From contig CAWCKH010000001.1 in assembly GCA_963796055.1 (NCBI GenBank), positions 224,001 through 288,000 on the forward strand: 64,000 bases of DNA. Reading direction: 5' to 3'. Shown here in pieces: positions 28,700-39,004 of this stretch (position 1 is its first letter; each line of letters begins with the position of its first letter). The notes under the pieces were generated by a model. That model had not been told where the DNA came from. It ran no database searches and was given only the letters and a program-made list of their open reading frames with translations. The translations under genes and the position numbers were made by a program. This DNA is from an uncultured delta proteobacterium. GTDB lineage: Bacteria > Myxococcota > Myxococcia > Myxococcales > Myxococcaceae.

Positions 28700-30063
28700 C
28701 AGGCCGCCTCCGTCCGGGGCCGACGCGGCGGGACGGGCGGAGTGTCGACGATGCCCGCCTCGACTCCCAGCAGCGCGCTGGGCGAGCCGTGGCTGATCCG
28801 CACCCGGGTCCTGGCGCCGGCCGGGGCGGTCCCGTCGAAGTTCACGGTGCGGTTCTCGGGGGTGCGGCCGAACCGGCGCGACGGGTCCGACCTGCTCGGG
28901 CCCTCGACCAGCACCTCGACCTCGTGGCCCACCAGCGCGGCGCCAATCTCCCCGCTGATGCGGCGCTGCAGGGACTGGAGCCGCTCCAGCCGCTCGACCT
29001 TCACCTCGTGCGGCACCGGCCCCCACTCCGCCTCCTTCAGCGCGGCCACGGTGCGGGGCCGGGCGGAGAAGACGAAGGAGAACTGGTTCTCGTAGCGGAC
29101 CTGCTCGGTGAGCGCGAGCGTCTGCTGGAAGTCCTCCTCGGTCTCGCCGGGGAAGCCGACGATGATGTCGGTGGTGACCGCGATGCCCGGCCGCGCGGCG
29201 CGGAGCGCGGCCAGCCTCTGCAGATATGCGGCGACGGTGTAGTCCCGCTTCATCCGCCGCAGCACCTGGTCGCTCCCGCTCTGGACGGGCAGGTGGAAGT
29301 GGGGCGCGATGCGCGGCTCGCGACGGAAGGCGTCGATCAGCGCGTCGGAGAGGTCGTGCGGGTGGCTGGTGGTGAAGCGCACCCGCTCGATGCCCGGGAC
29401 CTGCGCCACGCGGAGCAGCAGCTCGGCGAAGCAGCTGCCGCCCCGGTAGGAGTTGACGTTCTGCCCGATGAGCGTCACCTCGCGGACGCCCACCCCGGTC
29501 AGCGACGCGACCTCCTCCAGCACCTCGCCGAAGGGCCGGCTCACCTCGCGGCCCCGGGTGTGGGGGACGACGCAGAAGCTGCAGACGTTGTCGCAGCCCT
29601 TCATGACGGTGACGAACTCGCTGACCTTCCCCGCCGAGCTGTCGGGGTCGGCGCGGGGGAAGACGTACTCCTCGGAGTCCACCCAGGCGGTCTCGGAGAC
29701 GCGGACCCGATCCTCGACCACCCGGGTGACGAGCTCAGGCAGCTTGCCGATGGCGTCGGGCCCGAAGACGAAGTCCAGGTACGGGACGCGGGCAAGGAGC
29801 TTGCCCTTTTCCTGCTGGGCGACGCACCCGGCGACGGCCAGGAGCGCCCCGCGCTGGGTCTTGATCGCCCGGTAGCGGCCGAGGGCCGAGAGCATCTTGT
29901 CCTCGGCCTTCTCCCGGATGGCGCAGGTGTTGAGGATGATCAGGTCCGCCTTCTCAGCGGTGGCGGTAGGCCGGTAGCCGATGGTGGCCAGCACCTCGCC
30001 CATGCGGAGCGAGTCGTTGACGTTCATCTGGCAGCCGAAGGTGTGGACGAAGTAGCGCTTCAC
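28699..30063 (-). CDS. miaB: tRNA-i6A37 methylthiotransferase
   Basis: TFGCQMN, NTCAIREKAE, CDNVCSFC radical-SAM motif, FTTSHP and TRAM domain. Confidence 0.97.
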   Translation of the reverse strand: MKRYFVHTFGCQMNVNDSLRMGEVLATIGYRPTATAEKADLIILNTCAIREKAEDKMLSALGRYRAIKTQRGALLAVAGCVAQQEKGKLLARVPYLDFVFGPDAIGKLPELVTRVVEDRVRVSETAWVDSEEYVFPRADPDSSAGKVSEFVTVMKGCDNVCSFCVVPHTRGREVSRPFGEVLEEVASLTGVGVREVTLIGQNVNSYRGGSCFAELLLRVAQVPGIERVRFTTSHPHDLSDALIDAFRREPRIAPHFHLPVQSGSDQVLRRMKRDYTVAAYLQRLAALRAARPGIAVTTDIIVGFPGETEEDFQQTLALTEQVRYENQFSFVFSARPRTVAALKEAEWGPVPHEVKVERLERLQSLQRRISGEIGAALVGHEVEVLVEGPSRSDPSRRFGRTPENRTVNFDGTAPAGARTRVRISHGSPSALLGVEAGIVDTPPVPPRRPRTEAA

Positions 30064-30155
30064 GGCGGGCCCGGGAGATACCCGGGAGTCCCCCAGACAT
30101 CAATGCCCGGAGCCGGAGACGTCGGATTGCCGTCTGGCAGGCCCGAGGCCGGCGG

Positions 30156-33100
30156 TCAGCCTGGAGGTGGCCTGAGCACCTGGAGAAGCAAGTCCTGGCC
30201 GCCGCGGCTCCCCGCCACGTTCCCGGTCGTCGTCCCGCCCAGCAGCAGGTCCCCGGCGGTCCCCCAGCTGGCTGCTCCGGTGAAGAGCTCGTCACCGCTG
30301 GTCCGGATGGTGCTACTGCCGCCGGCCACGCCGGCCGTGTCGAACTGGATCACGAATGCGTCCTTGCCCTTCGCCGGCTGCCCCACCACCTGGGTCTGCT
30401 GATGGCCAGCGAGGTACAGCCATTTCCCCGCGCTGGTCAGCGCGGTGACGGTGGCGAGATCGGCGCTGCCGCCGACGGTCGTCGTCCAGGATCGGATGCC
30501 GATAAAGGGATCGAGGCGGGCGAGCGCCGGGCGAGCGTTCCTCGACGGCAGATCGAGGTTCACCCCGCCGGCGTGGAGCCCCCAGTCCGGACCGAAGGCG
30601 AGCGCGGTCACCGCGCCGAAGAACGGTGCCGGCACCCCGCGGTTCGCATCGGGGATCGTCCACCGCCGTGTCCCCGAGTGGAAGTACTGGCGCACGAAGG
30701 CTCCCGTTCCGTCCCGACCCGACGTGCCCCCGACGTACACCTCGCCCCACGGATCGCTCACGATGGCGTTGGCCACGATCGGCCAGGGGAGCCCGGCCAT
30801 CCAGTTCTCTCCCTGGAGGGCTCCCGTCGGACTGAACCTGAGCAGAGTGCTCGATCCCCACGAGGGCGTCCGATAAACGACCCAGATCGATCCAAAGGCG
30901 TCGATGGTCGCTCCGGCGACCTCGTCCGCAGCAGGAGTTCCGAACTGACGGGTCCAGGCGCGGTTGCCGTCCGGGTCGAGCCGGACGAGGAATCCATCCT
31001 GGCCGCCAAGGGACCTGCTCCCCAGCACGCCGGTGGTGGTTCCCGCGACGTAGACCACCCCCCGGTCCTTGTGACTGGGCAGCACAGCGCGCGGGACGTC
31101 GTTCCCGGCGCTCCCGAACTGGGTCCACGGGCTTGGGACGGCATTCGCGTCGAGCTTCCACAGCGCCACGTCCTGGCCGCCGGCGCTGCCTCGGGCCACG
31201 GTGCCGGTCGTCGCTCCGGCCAGGTAGGCAGAACCGTCGTCGGCGACCCCAACCTGGGCCGAGTCCTCCGTCGCAGAGGTCCCGATCTGCCGGGTGGCGA
31301 GTGGTGCGAACGGCAGTGGCGCCGCATCGCTCGCACCACCGATGCAGCGGGCCAGGTCTTCGCGTCGATCGGCGAGGGCTGCCGCCAGGACCGTGGGGTC
31401 GTCACTCCGGGTGCTCGGGTTCCAGGTCGTCGCCGCGTACAGGCTGCCCGTCTCGTTGGCCGGGCCGGCCCCGGCCTCGGGGTGCATCGGGAACAGCGCG
31501 CGCGCGATGCTCATCGCGGGACCGCCGAGCCGCTCGCAAGACCTGAGGTACTCGTAGTCTTCCAGTCCGTCCCGGAAAATCTTCACCCGGGTGCTGGCGA
31601 GCGGGATGTGGGTGGTCCCGCCGATTCCCTGGCTCGAGCCGCCGGAGACCGGGGTCGGCGTGCCCGGGTACAGGAGATTTCCGTCGCCGTTCCCGGTGGT
31701 GAACACGGTGCCGTCCACATCCCAGGCCGTGTACAGCTGGTACACCGAGCCCCAGTAGTGCAGGCCGCTGAGGCGGTAGATGTAGTGCATCCACGGCTGG
31801 CCCCGGTTCTGGACCGCCGTCGAGTCCACGTTGATCAGAGGGTAGCCGTAGATCATCGGGTCGCTGTTCGTGTCACAGCCGTGGATCCCGCAGCTCTGGT
31901 AGGCCCAGACCTCATTGCGCGGGTTGACCGCCAGGAACGGGTCGAAGATCGGCCGCTGGTTCCCGTGCATCCAGGGCTTGCGGTCGTCGAAATCCTCGAT
32001 GGCCGTGGCGATGATGTTCGCGGTTCCGGAAGCGACGGAACCCGTATACTGGACGTAGTCGGGGAGAATGCCGGTGAGGACGACGCGGTAGTCCGGGTCG
32101 GCCGAGTGGGCCCAGCTGGCCCACTGCATGGCGACCGGATATCCGCCCGCATGCCACCGCGGCTCGTCGAGGGTGAAGAAGAGGGTCTTCGGCCACCAGT
32201 CGAGAATCCCCCGGGTGAAGCGGGCCCACTCCCTCAGCTTCGCCGTCGCGACGTCCGCGCTGTCCAGGGACTGAGACCAGTTGGCCCGGAACCAGGGATA
32301 GACGAGGGTGGTCATCTGCGCGCCGACCAGCCGGCTGTAGGGGTCCGAGCCGTCCATGAGAGGTCCGTAGGTGCGGCGGAACTCGCGCTCGGTGGTGTCG
32401 TAATCCGGGCTTCCGTCCGCGCGGATGAGAAGCGTGTCCGCCAGCCAAGAGGTGATGCGGTGGTCCAGCAGGAAGCGGGCGTAGAGGCGAACCCACCGAT
32501 GTCTCGCCTCTCCATCCGGGCACCATGCGCCCCACCCGCCCGAGGCAGTGTCCCCGTGCGCCTTGCAGATGTGATCCACATCCATCTTGACGCTGGTCTG
32601 CAACGCGGACGTCGACCGCAGCCCGAAGCTGCGCACGTGGATGTCGATGGGAATGACCTGGGCCGAGAAGCTCGGGCCGGTTGCGCTGACGATGACCTGC
32701 CCACGGTAGAGGCCAGCGGGCGTGCCGGGCGGAACGTGGATCTCCACCAGAAAGCTCCGGGTGGTGCCCGGGTCCACGCCGATGGGGAAATCGCGACGCG
32801 TCTCGGTGGTCTGAACCTCCTCCCACGTTCCATCGGAGTTCTTCCGGAGGCCAACCTCGGTCTGGGGACCGTAGGGTACGAGTGCGTCGGGCCACGCTCC
32901 GGCCTTGCCTTCGATCGAGGACGGCTGGGTGAAGACGACCGGCCGCTCCTCGAAGACCCTGACCTCGGAGCGGGGGATCGTTTCCGTGCTCCCCGAACGC
33001 GTGAGGAGCGCCAGCACGCTCCCGTCGGGCGCGGTCCCGCCTGGCAACGTGATCCGCACGCCCCAGCTGGGTCCGAAGAGGACGAGGTGAAAGAGCTCGA

Positions 33101-33278
33101 ACTCGTTCTGCGCAGACCAGAGCGTCGCGCTCGAGCGGAACGGAGCCCGGTAGGTGCCGGCCGACGGCTTGAGTGTCCCATCGAGAACGGCCGCGAGCGG
33201 GCTGTTCCAGGGAGGAGCATTCGCAGCCAGGACCGAGCCGCTCCACAGGGCGACGAGCAAGCGGACCAGACCTTTCAC
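30156..33278 (-). CDS. Large secreted protein: DUF4091/GH123-like domain plus C-terminal SBBP-like beta-propeller
   Basis: Signal peptide; AQNEFE, TLDEP, GDGNLLYPG and RDGLEDYEYL motifs; repeated WTxQFG and GxDxFL propeller motifs. Confidence 0.75.
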   Translation of the reverse strand: MKGLVRLLVALWSGSVLAANAPPWNSPLAAVLDGTLKPSAGTYRAPFRSSATLWSAQNEFELFHLVLFGPSWGVRITLPGGTAPDGSVLALLTRSGSTETIPRSEVRVFEERPVVFTQPSSIEGKAGAWPDALVPYGPQTEVGLRKNSDGTWEEVQTTETRRDFPIGVDPGTTRSFLVEIHVPPGTPAGLYRGQVIVSATGPSFSAQVIPIDIHVRSFGLRSTSALQTSVKMDVDHICKAHGDTASGGWGAWCPDGEARHRWVRLYARFLLDHRITSWLADTLLIRADGSPDYDTTEREFRRTYGPLMDGSDPYSRLVGAQMTTLVYPWFRANWSQSLDSADVATAKLREWARFTRGILDWWPKTLFFTLDEPRWHAGGYPVAMQWASWAHSADPDYRVVLTGILPDYVQYTGSVASGTANIIATAIEDFDDRKPWMHGNQRPIFDPFLAVNPRNEVWAYQSCGIHGCDTNSDPMIYGYPLINVDSTAVQNRGQPWMHYIYRLSGLHYWGSVYQLYTAWDVDGTVFTTGNGDGNLLYPGTPTPVSGGSSQGIGGTTHIPLASTRVKIFRDGLEDYEYLRSCERLGGPAMSIARALFPMHPEAGAGPANETGSLYAATTWNPSTRSDDPTVLAAALADRREDLARCIGGASDAAPLPFAPLATRQIGTSATEDSAQVGVADDGSAYLAGATTGTVARGSAGGQDVALWKLDANAVPSPWTQFGSAGNDVPRAVLPSHKDRGVVYVAGTTTGVLGSRSLGGQDGFLVRLDPDGNRAWTRQFGTPAADEVAGATIDAFGSIWVVYRTPSWGSSTLLRFSPTGALQGENWMAGLPWPIVANAIVSDPWGEVYVGGTSGRDGTGAFVRQYFHSGTRRWTIPDANRGVPAPFFGAVTALAFGPDWGLHAGGVNLDLPSRNARPALARLDPFIGIRSWTTTVGGSADLATVTALTSAGKWLYLAGHQQTQVVGQPAKGKDAFVIQFDTAGVAGGSSTIRTSGDELFTGAASWGTAGDLLLGGTTTGNVAGSRGGQDLLLQVLRPPPG

Positions 33279-33533
33279 AGGACCCCCCCGGGGCAAGCGA
33301 GGGAGCAATTGTGCTCAAGCACTGAACGTCGCTCATACCGGCCCCTTGGAGCTAGTTCCGGAGGCCTAGGACCACGAGTCTACGAACCTGGTTCAGGCGG
33401 TCGGGTGCCACCACTCAGTGGCGAGTGCCGTTTCGCGGCTCGGCACGCCCGGAGTCCGGGGCGGGTCGTTCTTCCTTGGATCTTCCTCCACGTGCGATCA
33501 GGAGTGCAGCGGGGTCACCGCAGCGAGGAAGCC

Positions 33534-34178
33534 ATGGGCACCAGCGACGCGAGCGTGGGGAGAGTCGACATGAAGCTCGAGGTCGTCGTCATCCCCGTCT
33601 CGGATACCGACCGCGCGGCGGAGTTCTACCGGAGACTCGGCTGGAGGCAGGACGCGGACATCGGGAAGGGTGACCGCCGCAGGCTCCAGTTCACACCCCC
33701 GGGCTCCCAGTGCTCGATCCAGGTTGGCAAGGGCCTCACCTCATCTGCCCCCGGCACGGCTCAGTTTCTCCACCTCGCCGTCTCCGACATCGTGGCGGCT
33801 CGCGAGGAGCTCATCAGCAAGGGCGTCGATGCGAGCGAGGTCTTCCACGACGCCGCCGGGGGCTACGACCGCTTCGACCGCGACGCACGGGCGAGTGGCC
33901 CCGATCCGCAACGGCGCAGCTACGCGTCGTTCGTGACCTTCAATGACCCGGACGGAAACGGCTGGCTCCTGCAAGAGATCAACACCCGGTTCCCGGGCCG
34001 GATCGACTCGAAGGCGACGACGTTCACATCCGCATCCGATCTGGCGAGCGCGATGCGACGCGCGGCGGCCGCCCACGGCCAGCACGAGAAGCGCATCGGC
34101 GCCGCAGACCCGAACTGGCCCGACTGGTACGCCACGTACATGGTGGCGGAGCAGGCCGGCAAGGAACTGCCGCTGTGA
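33534..34178 (+). CDS. VOC/glyoxalase family protein
   Basis: KLEVVVIPVSD.DRA..FY, QFTPPGS and FNDPDGNGWLLQE motifs; C-terminal WPDWYA extension. Confidence 0.9.
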   Translation: MGTSDASVGRVDMKLEVVVIPVSDTDRAAEFYRRLGWRQDADIGKGDRRRLQFTPPGSQCSIQVGKGLTSSAPGTAQFLHLAVSDIVAAREELISKGVDASEVFHDAAGGYDRFDRDARASGPDPQRRSYASFVTFNDPDGNGWLLQEINTRFPGRIDSKATTFTSASDLASAMRRAAAAHGQHEKRIGAADPNWPDWYATYMVAEQAGKELPL

Positions 34179-34224
34179 GCGATGACGACGTCACGTCATC
34201 GGCTACCTGGAAGCCGTCGCCGGG

Positions 34225-34524
34225 TCAGTGCCGGGTGCCGTTCGGCTCCGCCCGCCCGGAGTCCGTCCGTGGCCGCTCGATCCCGTAGCGGACCATCTTC
34301 TTGATCAGCGTCCGCCGGGCGATGCCGAGCAGCTTCGCCGCGGCGAAGAGCCCCGGGTGCAGGTCGAGGTCGATGGGCGCACCCATGGGATGCACCGGGC
34401 CATCGTGCACCGCCCCGGTGAAGCCCAGACGCTGCTCGGACCAGGCCAGGGCGACGTCCATGTCCGTCGCTCGAGCATCCCCCGTGCCACCGGGGAGCCG
34501 CGTCCGTGGCGACCCGGGTCTCAC
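34225..34524 (-). pseudogene. Probable remnant of a sigma54-type/Fis-HTH regulator
   Basis: Only AAKLLGIARRTLIKKMVRYGIERPR (Fis HTH end) is recognisable; no AAA+ domain. Confidence 0.5.
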
Positions 34525-34546
34525 TCGCCGAGATGTGCCCGGACGT

Positions 34547-36988
34547 TCACTCCGCCCGCAGCGCGAGCATCGGGTCGACGCGAGTCGCCTGCCGCGCCGG
34601 GAGCGCGCAGGCCGCGAGGCTGCTGGCCAGCAGCACCACCGCGACCGTGGCGTAGGTCACCGGATCCAGCGGCCCCACGCCGAAGAGGAGCCCCTGCCCG
34701 AGGCGACCGAAAACGAGGGCCGCAGCGAGCCCCACGCAGAGTCCCCCGAGCACCAGCACCATCCCCTGCCCCAGCACCATCCGCAGCACGGCGGCCGGCG
34801 CGGCGCCGAGTGCGAGCCGGACACCGATCTCCCGGGTCCGCTGGCTCACGCTGTAGGCCACGACTCCGATCAGGCCGGAGGCGGTGATGGCCAGCGCCAG
34901 CGCGGCGAAGAGCCCGAGCAGCGAGGCGACCAGCCGGTGGGGCGCGAGCGCCTGGGACCGCTGCTCGGCCAGCGGCTGGATCTCGGTGATCGGCTGCTGG
35001 GGATCCAGCTCGTGCACGGCCTCGCGGATCTGCCGGGCGATGCTCACCGGCGCCGCCTGGCTCCGGACGAAGACCCGCAGGTCGTTGTAGCCGGTCTCGG
35101 CGAAGGCGCCGATCACCTCGTCCATCACCGGGGTGGTCAGGTCCTGCTGCTTGGTGTCGCCCACCACGCCGACGATGGTCACCCACTGCTTGCCGCCGTC
35201 GAACGAGAGGCGCCGGCCAACGGGGTCTTCTCCGGGGAACCGGTGCTCGGCGAGCGACTGGTTCACCACCACCACCGGATACTCCACGTTGCGATCGGTG
35301 CGGGTGAAGGCCCGGCCGCGCACCAGCGGAATGCCGAGCGCCCGGAAGTAGTCCGGGGTCACCGAGTCGAAGGTGGCCTGGGCCGTCGGCTGCCGGTCGT
35401 CGATGGCCTGGCCCTCCACCATGTACGACGCGCTGAAGGGGGTGGTACCGCGCAGCGGGACGGCGTTCGCCACCGCGACGGAGATGGTCCCCGGCGCCGA
35501 GGCCAGCCGATCGATGAGCCGATCCACCAGGGCGCGGGTCTTCGACTGGTCGTCGGCGGCGTACCGGCTGAAGTCGAGTCCCACCCGGGCGGTCTGCACG
35601 TGCTGGACGTCGACGCCCGGGTTCACCAGCGAGAGCTCGTGCAGGCTGCGGAGGAAGAGGCCCGCGCCGATGAGAAGCGCCGAGGAGATCGCCACCTGGG
35701 TCACAACCAGCGCACTGCGGGTTCGCCGCGTGGCGGGGCGGGCACCCGCACCCACGCCGTCCTTCAGCTCGCCGGAGAGGTCTCGCACCCGCCGGAGCGC
35801 CGGCAGGGCGCCCACCAGCACACCGGTGGACACCGACACCACCAGGTTGAAGGCGAGCACCGTCCCGTCCAGGCGGACCTCGACCGCCCGGGTGCTGAGG
35901 CGTGCGACGAAGGCCACCAGAAGAGGCAGGCACACCATCGCCAGTCCGAGTCCCAGCACGCCCCCCACCACGGCCAGGGTGACGCTCTCCGACAGGAGAT
36001 GCCCGAGCATCCGGCCCCGCGACGCTCCGAGGGCCGTCCGGACGGCGAGTTCGCGCTCGCGCCGCTGAAGCCGCGCCAGGGTCAGGTTGGCGACGTTCGA
36101 GCAGACGATGAGCAAGAGGAAGGCGGCCGCCGCGAGCAGGAGGAGCAAGGTGGGGCGCGCACCCGCGGTCAGCTCGTCTCGGAGCGAGAGGGCGTCGAGC
36201 GTGAGCCCCTGCCCCCTCGGGTACTCGGCGGGATGGTCCTGCTGCCACGAGGCGGAGATCGCCGCGAGCTCGGTGTTCGCCGCCCGGAGATCGCCGCCTG
36301 GCTGGAGGTGACCGAAGACCGTCAGCCCACGCACGTTCCGGGCCTGATCCCATGCAGGGGCGCGCCGGAAGGGGCAGGAGTCGAGCGGCATGTAGACGTC
36401 GTTCTCGGCGGGGTACTGGGGGATGTTGGGCAGGACGCCAACCACGGTGTGCACCCGGTCGTTCATGGTGAAGGAACGCCCGATGACGCCGGGATCTCCG
36501 CCCAGTTGCTTCTGCCAGTACTTGTAGCTGAGGAGCAGCACCGGCGGTGCGCCGGCCAGGTCCTCGCCCTCCTGGAAGAGCCGTCCGAGTATCGGCTGCA
36601 CCCCGAGCGTCTGGAAGAACCCCGCGGACACCACCCCGGTCTGGACCCGCTGGGGCTCGGACCCGCCGAGGATGACGAACGGCATCGAGTGGTACTCGAC
36701 GAGGTCGGTCACCCGCTCCGTCCGTCCGCGGAGCTCGCGGAACTCCACCGGGGAAAGGCCCACGTTCTTCACCCCGGCCAGCCGGGCGGGCTGGGTGACG
36801 TGGACCAGTCGATCTCCGTTCCGGTACGGCAGAGGACTCAGCAGCACCCCGTGGATGACGCTGAAGATGGCGGTGCTGGCCCCGATGCCGAGAGCCAGGG
36901 TCGCCAGGACCGCCAGGGTGAACGCCGGCGCGTGGGAGAGCGCCCGGAGGGCGTGGCGAAGGTCCTGGGCGATGTCGTGCATGCGCAT
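34547..36988 (-). CDS. Duplicated MacB/FtsX-type ABC permease (ADOP-like)
   Basis: QDLRHALR, TLALGIGA.TAIFS, RERELAVRTALGA, RTREIGVRLALGA and VDPMLALRAE; GGAGGAG RBS. Confidence 0.92.
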   Translation of the reverse strand: MRMHDIAQDLRHALRALSHAPAFTLAVLATLALGIGASTAIFSVIHGVLLSPLPYRNGDRLVHVTQPARLAGVKNVGLSPVEFRELRGRTERVTDLVEYHSMPFVILGGSEPQRVQTGVVSAGFFQTLGVQPILGRLFQEGEDLAGAPPVLLLSYKYWQKQLGGDPGVIGRSFTMNDRVHTVVGVLPNIPQYPAENDVYMPLDSCPFRRAPAWDQARNVRGLTVFGHLQPGGDLRAANTELAAISASWQQDHPAEYPRGQGLTLDALSLRDELTAGARPTLLLLLAAAAFLLLIVCSNVANLTLARLQRRERELAVRTALGASRGRMLGHLLSESVTLAVVGGVLGLGLAMVCLPLLVAFVARLSTRAVEVRLDGTVLAFNLVVSVSTGVLVGALPALRRVRDLSGELKDGVGAGARPATRRTRSALVVTQVAISSALLIGAGLFLRSLHELSLVNPGVDVQHVQTARVGLDFSRYAADDQSKTRALVDRLIDRLASAPGTISVAVANAVPLRGTTPFSASYMVEGQAIDDRQPTAQATFDSVTPDYFRALGIPLVRGRAFTRTDRNVEYPVVVVNQSLAEHRFPGEDPVGRRLSFDGGKQWVTIVGVVGDTKQQDLTTPVMDEVIGAFAETGYNDLRVFVRSQAAPVSIARQIREAVHELDPQQPITEIQPLAEQRSQALAPHRLVASLLGLFAALALAITASGLIGVVAYSVSQRTREIGVRLALGAAPAAVLRMVLGQGMVLVLGGLCVGLAAALVFGRLGQGLLFGVGPLDPVTYATVAVVLLASSLAACALPARQATRVDPMLALRAE

Positions 36989-37132
36989 CGAGGATGCTCC
37001 TCCGGATGGGCTCACGTCTGAGCAACTCGCGTGCCCCGGCCAACCGTCGTCAGCGTGCGGTGAACCGGCCCTCCGGGCTTCCGGCCCGTCCGGAAGCGGG
37101 ACACGCCGTGCCGCTTCCGGTGCCTCTCGCCG

Positions 37133-37576
37133 TCAGGAGCCGAGGAGGCGGGAGAGGCGCCGATGCAGGTCCAGCACCGCGTCCTCGTGGTCCAGCAGCA
37201 GGCGGATGGTATCTGGATCGTCCCGCTCGCGTAGCTCCCGGTCCAGCGCCGCCAGGCGTTCCTGGAGGTCCTCGGCGCGGTCGGGGGCAACGTCCCGCAT
37301 CCGCGCCCGGAGCCGTCCGGCGACCTCGCGGTTCCCGGCGAAGCGACGGAGGACGGCGAGCGGGCGCTCCACCACGTCCTGGGAGAGCTCGGCCGCGGCG
37401 AGCCCCTTCCGGTGCGCCGAGGCCATGGCCGCCGGGGTCCAGCGTTGCCCCAGCTCCTCGAGCACCGTGCGCTGGTACTGGAGGAGCCGCTGCAACAGAG
37501 CCGCGTCGATGCGGTAGGCGGCAAAGGACAGCGTCCGGGCGTCGCCGCCGGCCAGGTTGTCGCTCGAACGCTCCAT
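37133..37576 (-). CDS. Hypothetical helical protein
   Basis: TGATG coupling to the VWA gene stop; coding-like GC3. Confidence 0.7.
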   Translation of the reverse strand: MERSSDNLAGGDARTLSFAAYRIDAALLQRLLQYQRTVLEELGQRWTPAAMASAHRKGLAAAELSQDVVERPLAVLRRFAGNREVAGRLRARMRDVAPDRAEDLQERLAALDRELRERDDPDTIRLLLDHEDAVLDLHRRLSRLLGS

Positions 37577-38982
37577 CAATGGGCCCCCGCGGGCAGCAGC
37601 TGGTCCGCCAGCCGGTCGAGATCGGACAGGGATTGCACCACCACCACCTGGTCGCACACCCGGGCGTAGAGATCCATCTCGCTGTCCCCCACCCCCCAGG
37701 CCCTGCGATCCTCCGGACAGATCCAGACCACCCGGCGGGCCTTGCGGCGGATCTCCTGGAGCGCCCAGACGTTGGGTGGGTTCTGGTTGTTCCGCCCGTC
37801 TCCGATGATCAGCACCGTCGTGCGCCGGGTGACCGACGGAAGCTCCCGGCGGACGAAGCTGGCCAGCGCGTGCCCGTAGTTCGAGTTGGACTGGAGCGAG
37901 ACCGCCTTGCCGGTCACCGCCAGGTCGACGGCGCGCTCGGGCTCGAGCGTCCGGAACAGCTCGGTCACCTCGCCGATGTCGGAGACGAAGACGAAGCTCC
38001 GCACCCGGGCGAAGAGCGACTGCAGGGTGTGGGTGAAGAGCAGCATCAGCCGGCTCACGTTGCGCACCGACTCCGAGACGTCGCAGAGCACCAGCACCTC
38101 GGGCCGCTGGGGCCGCCGGGCCCGGAACACCGGGACCATGGGCGTGCCGCCCCAGGACATGTTCCGGCGCAAGGTTCGCCGGACGTTCAGCGTGCCCTTG
38201 CGGCGGCTCCGTTCCCTTCGCACCAGGCGCGTCTTGAGCCGCTCGGCGAGGCGGCGCACCGCGTGCTGCACCTGCGTCAGCTCGGCGCGGCTGAGGCTGG
38301 CGAAGCTGCGCTCGGCCAGCGCCCCCGAGGTGCCGCGCAGGCGGGCCCGGGCCTGACGCTCGACCTCGCGCCGGGCGTCGGCCTCCAGTCCCCGGAGGAG
38401 GTCCGAGAGGCGTCGGCTCACCCATCCGAAGCCCTCGACGGACAACCCGCGGCGGCGGAGCTCCGCCTCGACGGTGCCGATGTCGGTGCGGAGCCCGTCG
38501 CCCCCCGCTCTGGCGAGCAACCTCCGGGAGTAGAAGCCGGCCTGGAGCGGACTCTGGAGCCGGGAGAAGTCGAGCTGCAAGGTGGCGCCCCGGAAGAGCT
38601 GCGCGAGCCGCGCCCGGTCGCCCCGGAGCGCCGCCTGCGTGAGCGGCGACATCTCACCCAGCAGACGGTTCAGCGTTGCGATCGCCATCGTGCGCTCGTC
38701 GCCTTCCAGCGCGCCGGTGGCGGCCAGCTCGGCGAGGAGGGACTGCTCCACGCCCTCCAGCAGCGAGACCACCCCGGAGAAGAAGACGTCGAACGCCCGG
38801 TCGAACGGGCCCCGGTCCGCCGAGCGCTTCACCATCGTCGTCTGGAGAACGGAACGGAACGCCTCGCGGTCGCCCAGGTCGACCAGGGTGGCGGCGCGCG
38901 TCGCGTCGAGTAACTCGGAAGTAGCAACCCGGACGCCGTTCTGGCGGAGAACCTCGGCGAACTCGACGATGCGGGCTTCCAT
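37576..38982 (-). CDS. CoxE-like VWA domain protein
   Basis: RRTLRRN..WGG.P, MIDAS-like CDVSES, SNYG, IIGDGRNN and WICPE motifs. Confidence 0.9.
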   Translation of the reverse strand: MEARIVEFAEVLRQNGVRVATSELLDATRAATLVDLGDREAFRSVLQTTMVKRSADRGPFDRAFDVFFSGVVSLLEGVEQSLLAELAATGALEGDERTMAIATLNRLLGEMSPLTQAALRGDRARLAQLFRGATLQLDFSRLQSPLQAGFYSRRLLARAGGDGLRTDIGTVEAELRRRGLSVEGFGWVSRRLSDLLRGLEADARREVERQARARLRGTSGALAERSFASLSRAELTQVQHAVRRLAERLKTRLVRRERSRRKGTLNVRRTLRRNMSWGGTPMVPVFRARRPQRPEVLVLCDVSESVRNVSRLMLLFTHTLQSLFARVRSFVFVSDIGEVTELFRTLEPERAVDLAVTGKAVSLQSNSNYGHALASFVRRELPSVTRRTTVLIIGDGRNNQNPPNVWALQEIRRKARRVVWICPEDRRAWGVGDSEMDLYARVCDQVVVVQSLSDLDRLADQLLPAGAH

Positions 38983-39004
38983 GGACGGGTGGAGATAACC
39001 AGAG

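Noticed and set aside
30402..34178. 1258-aa plus-strand ORF and similar long antisense ORFs (e.g. 34301-37021, 44177-46303, 48149-50155)
   Set aside because: Shadow ORFs typical of high-GC DNA lying opposite well-supported genes; only the last 214 aa of 30402-34178 (VOC) is credible.
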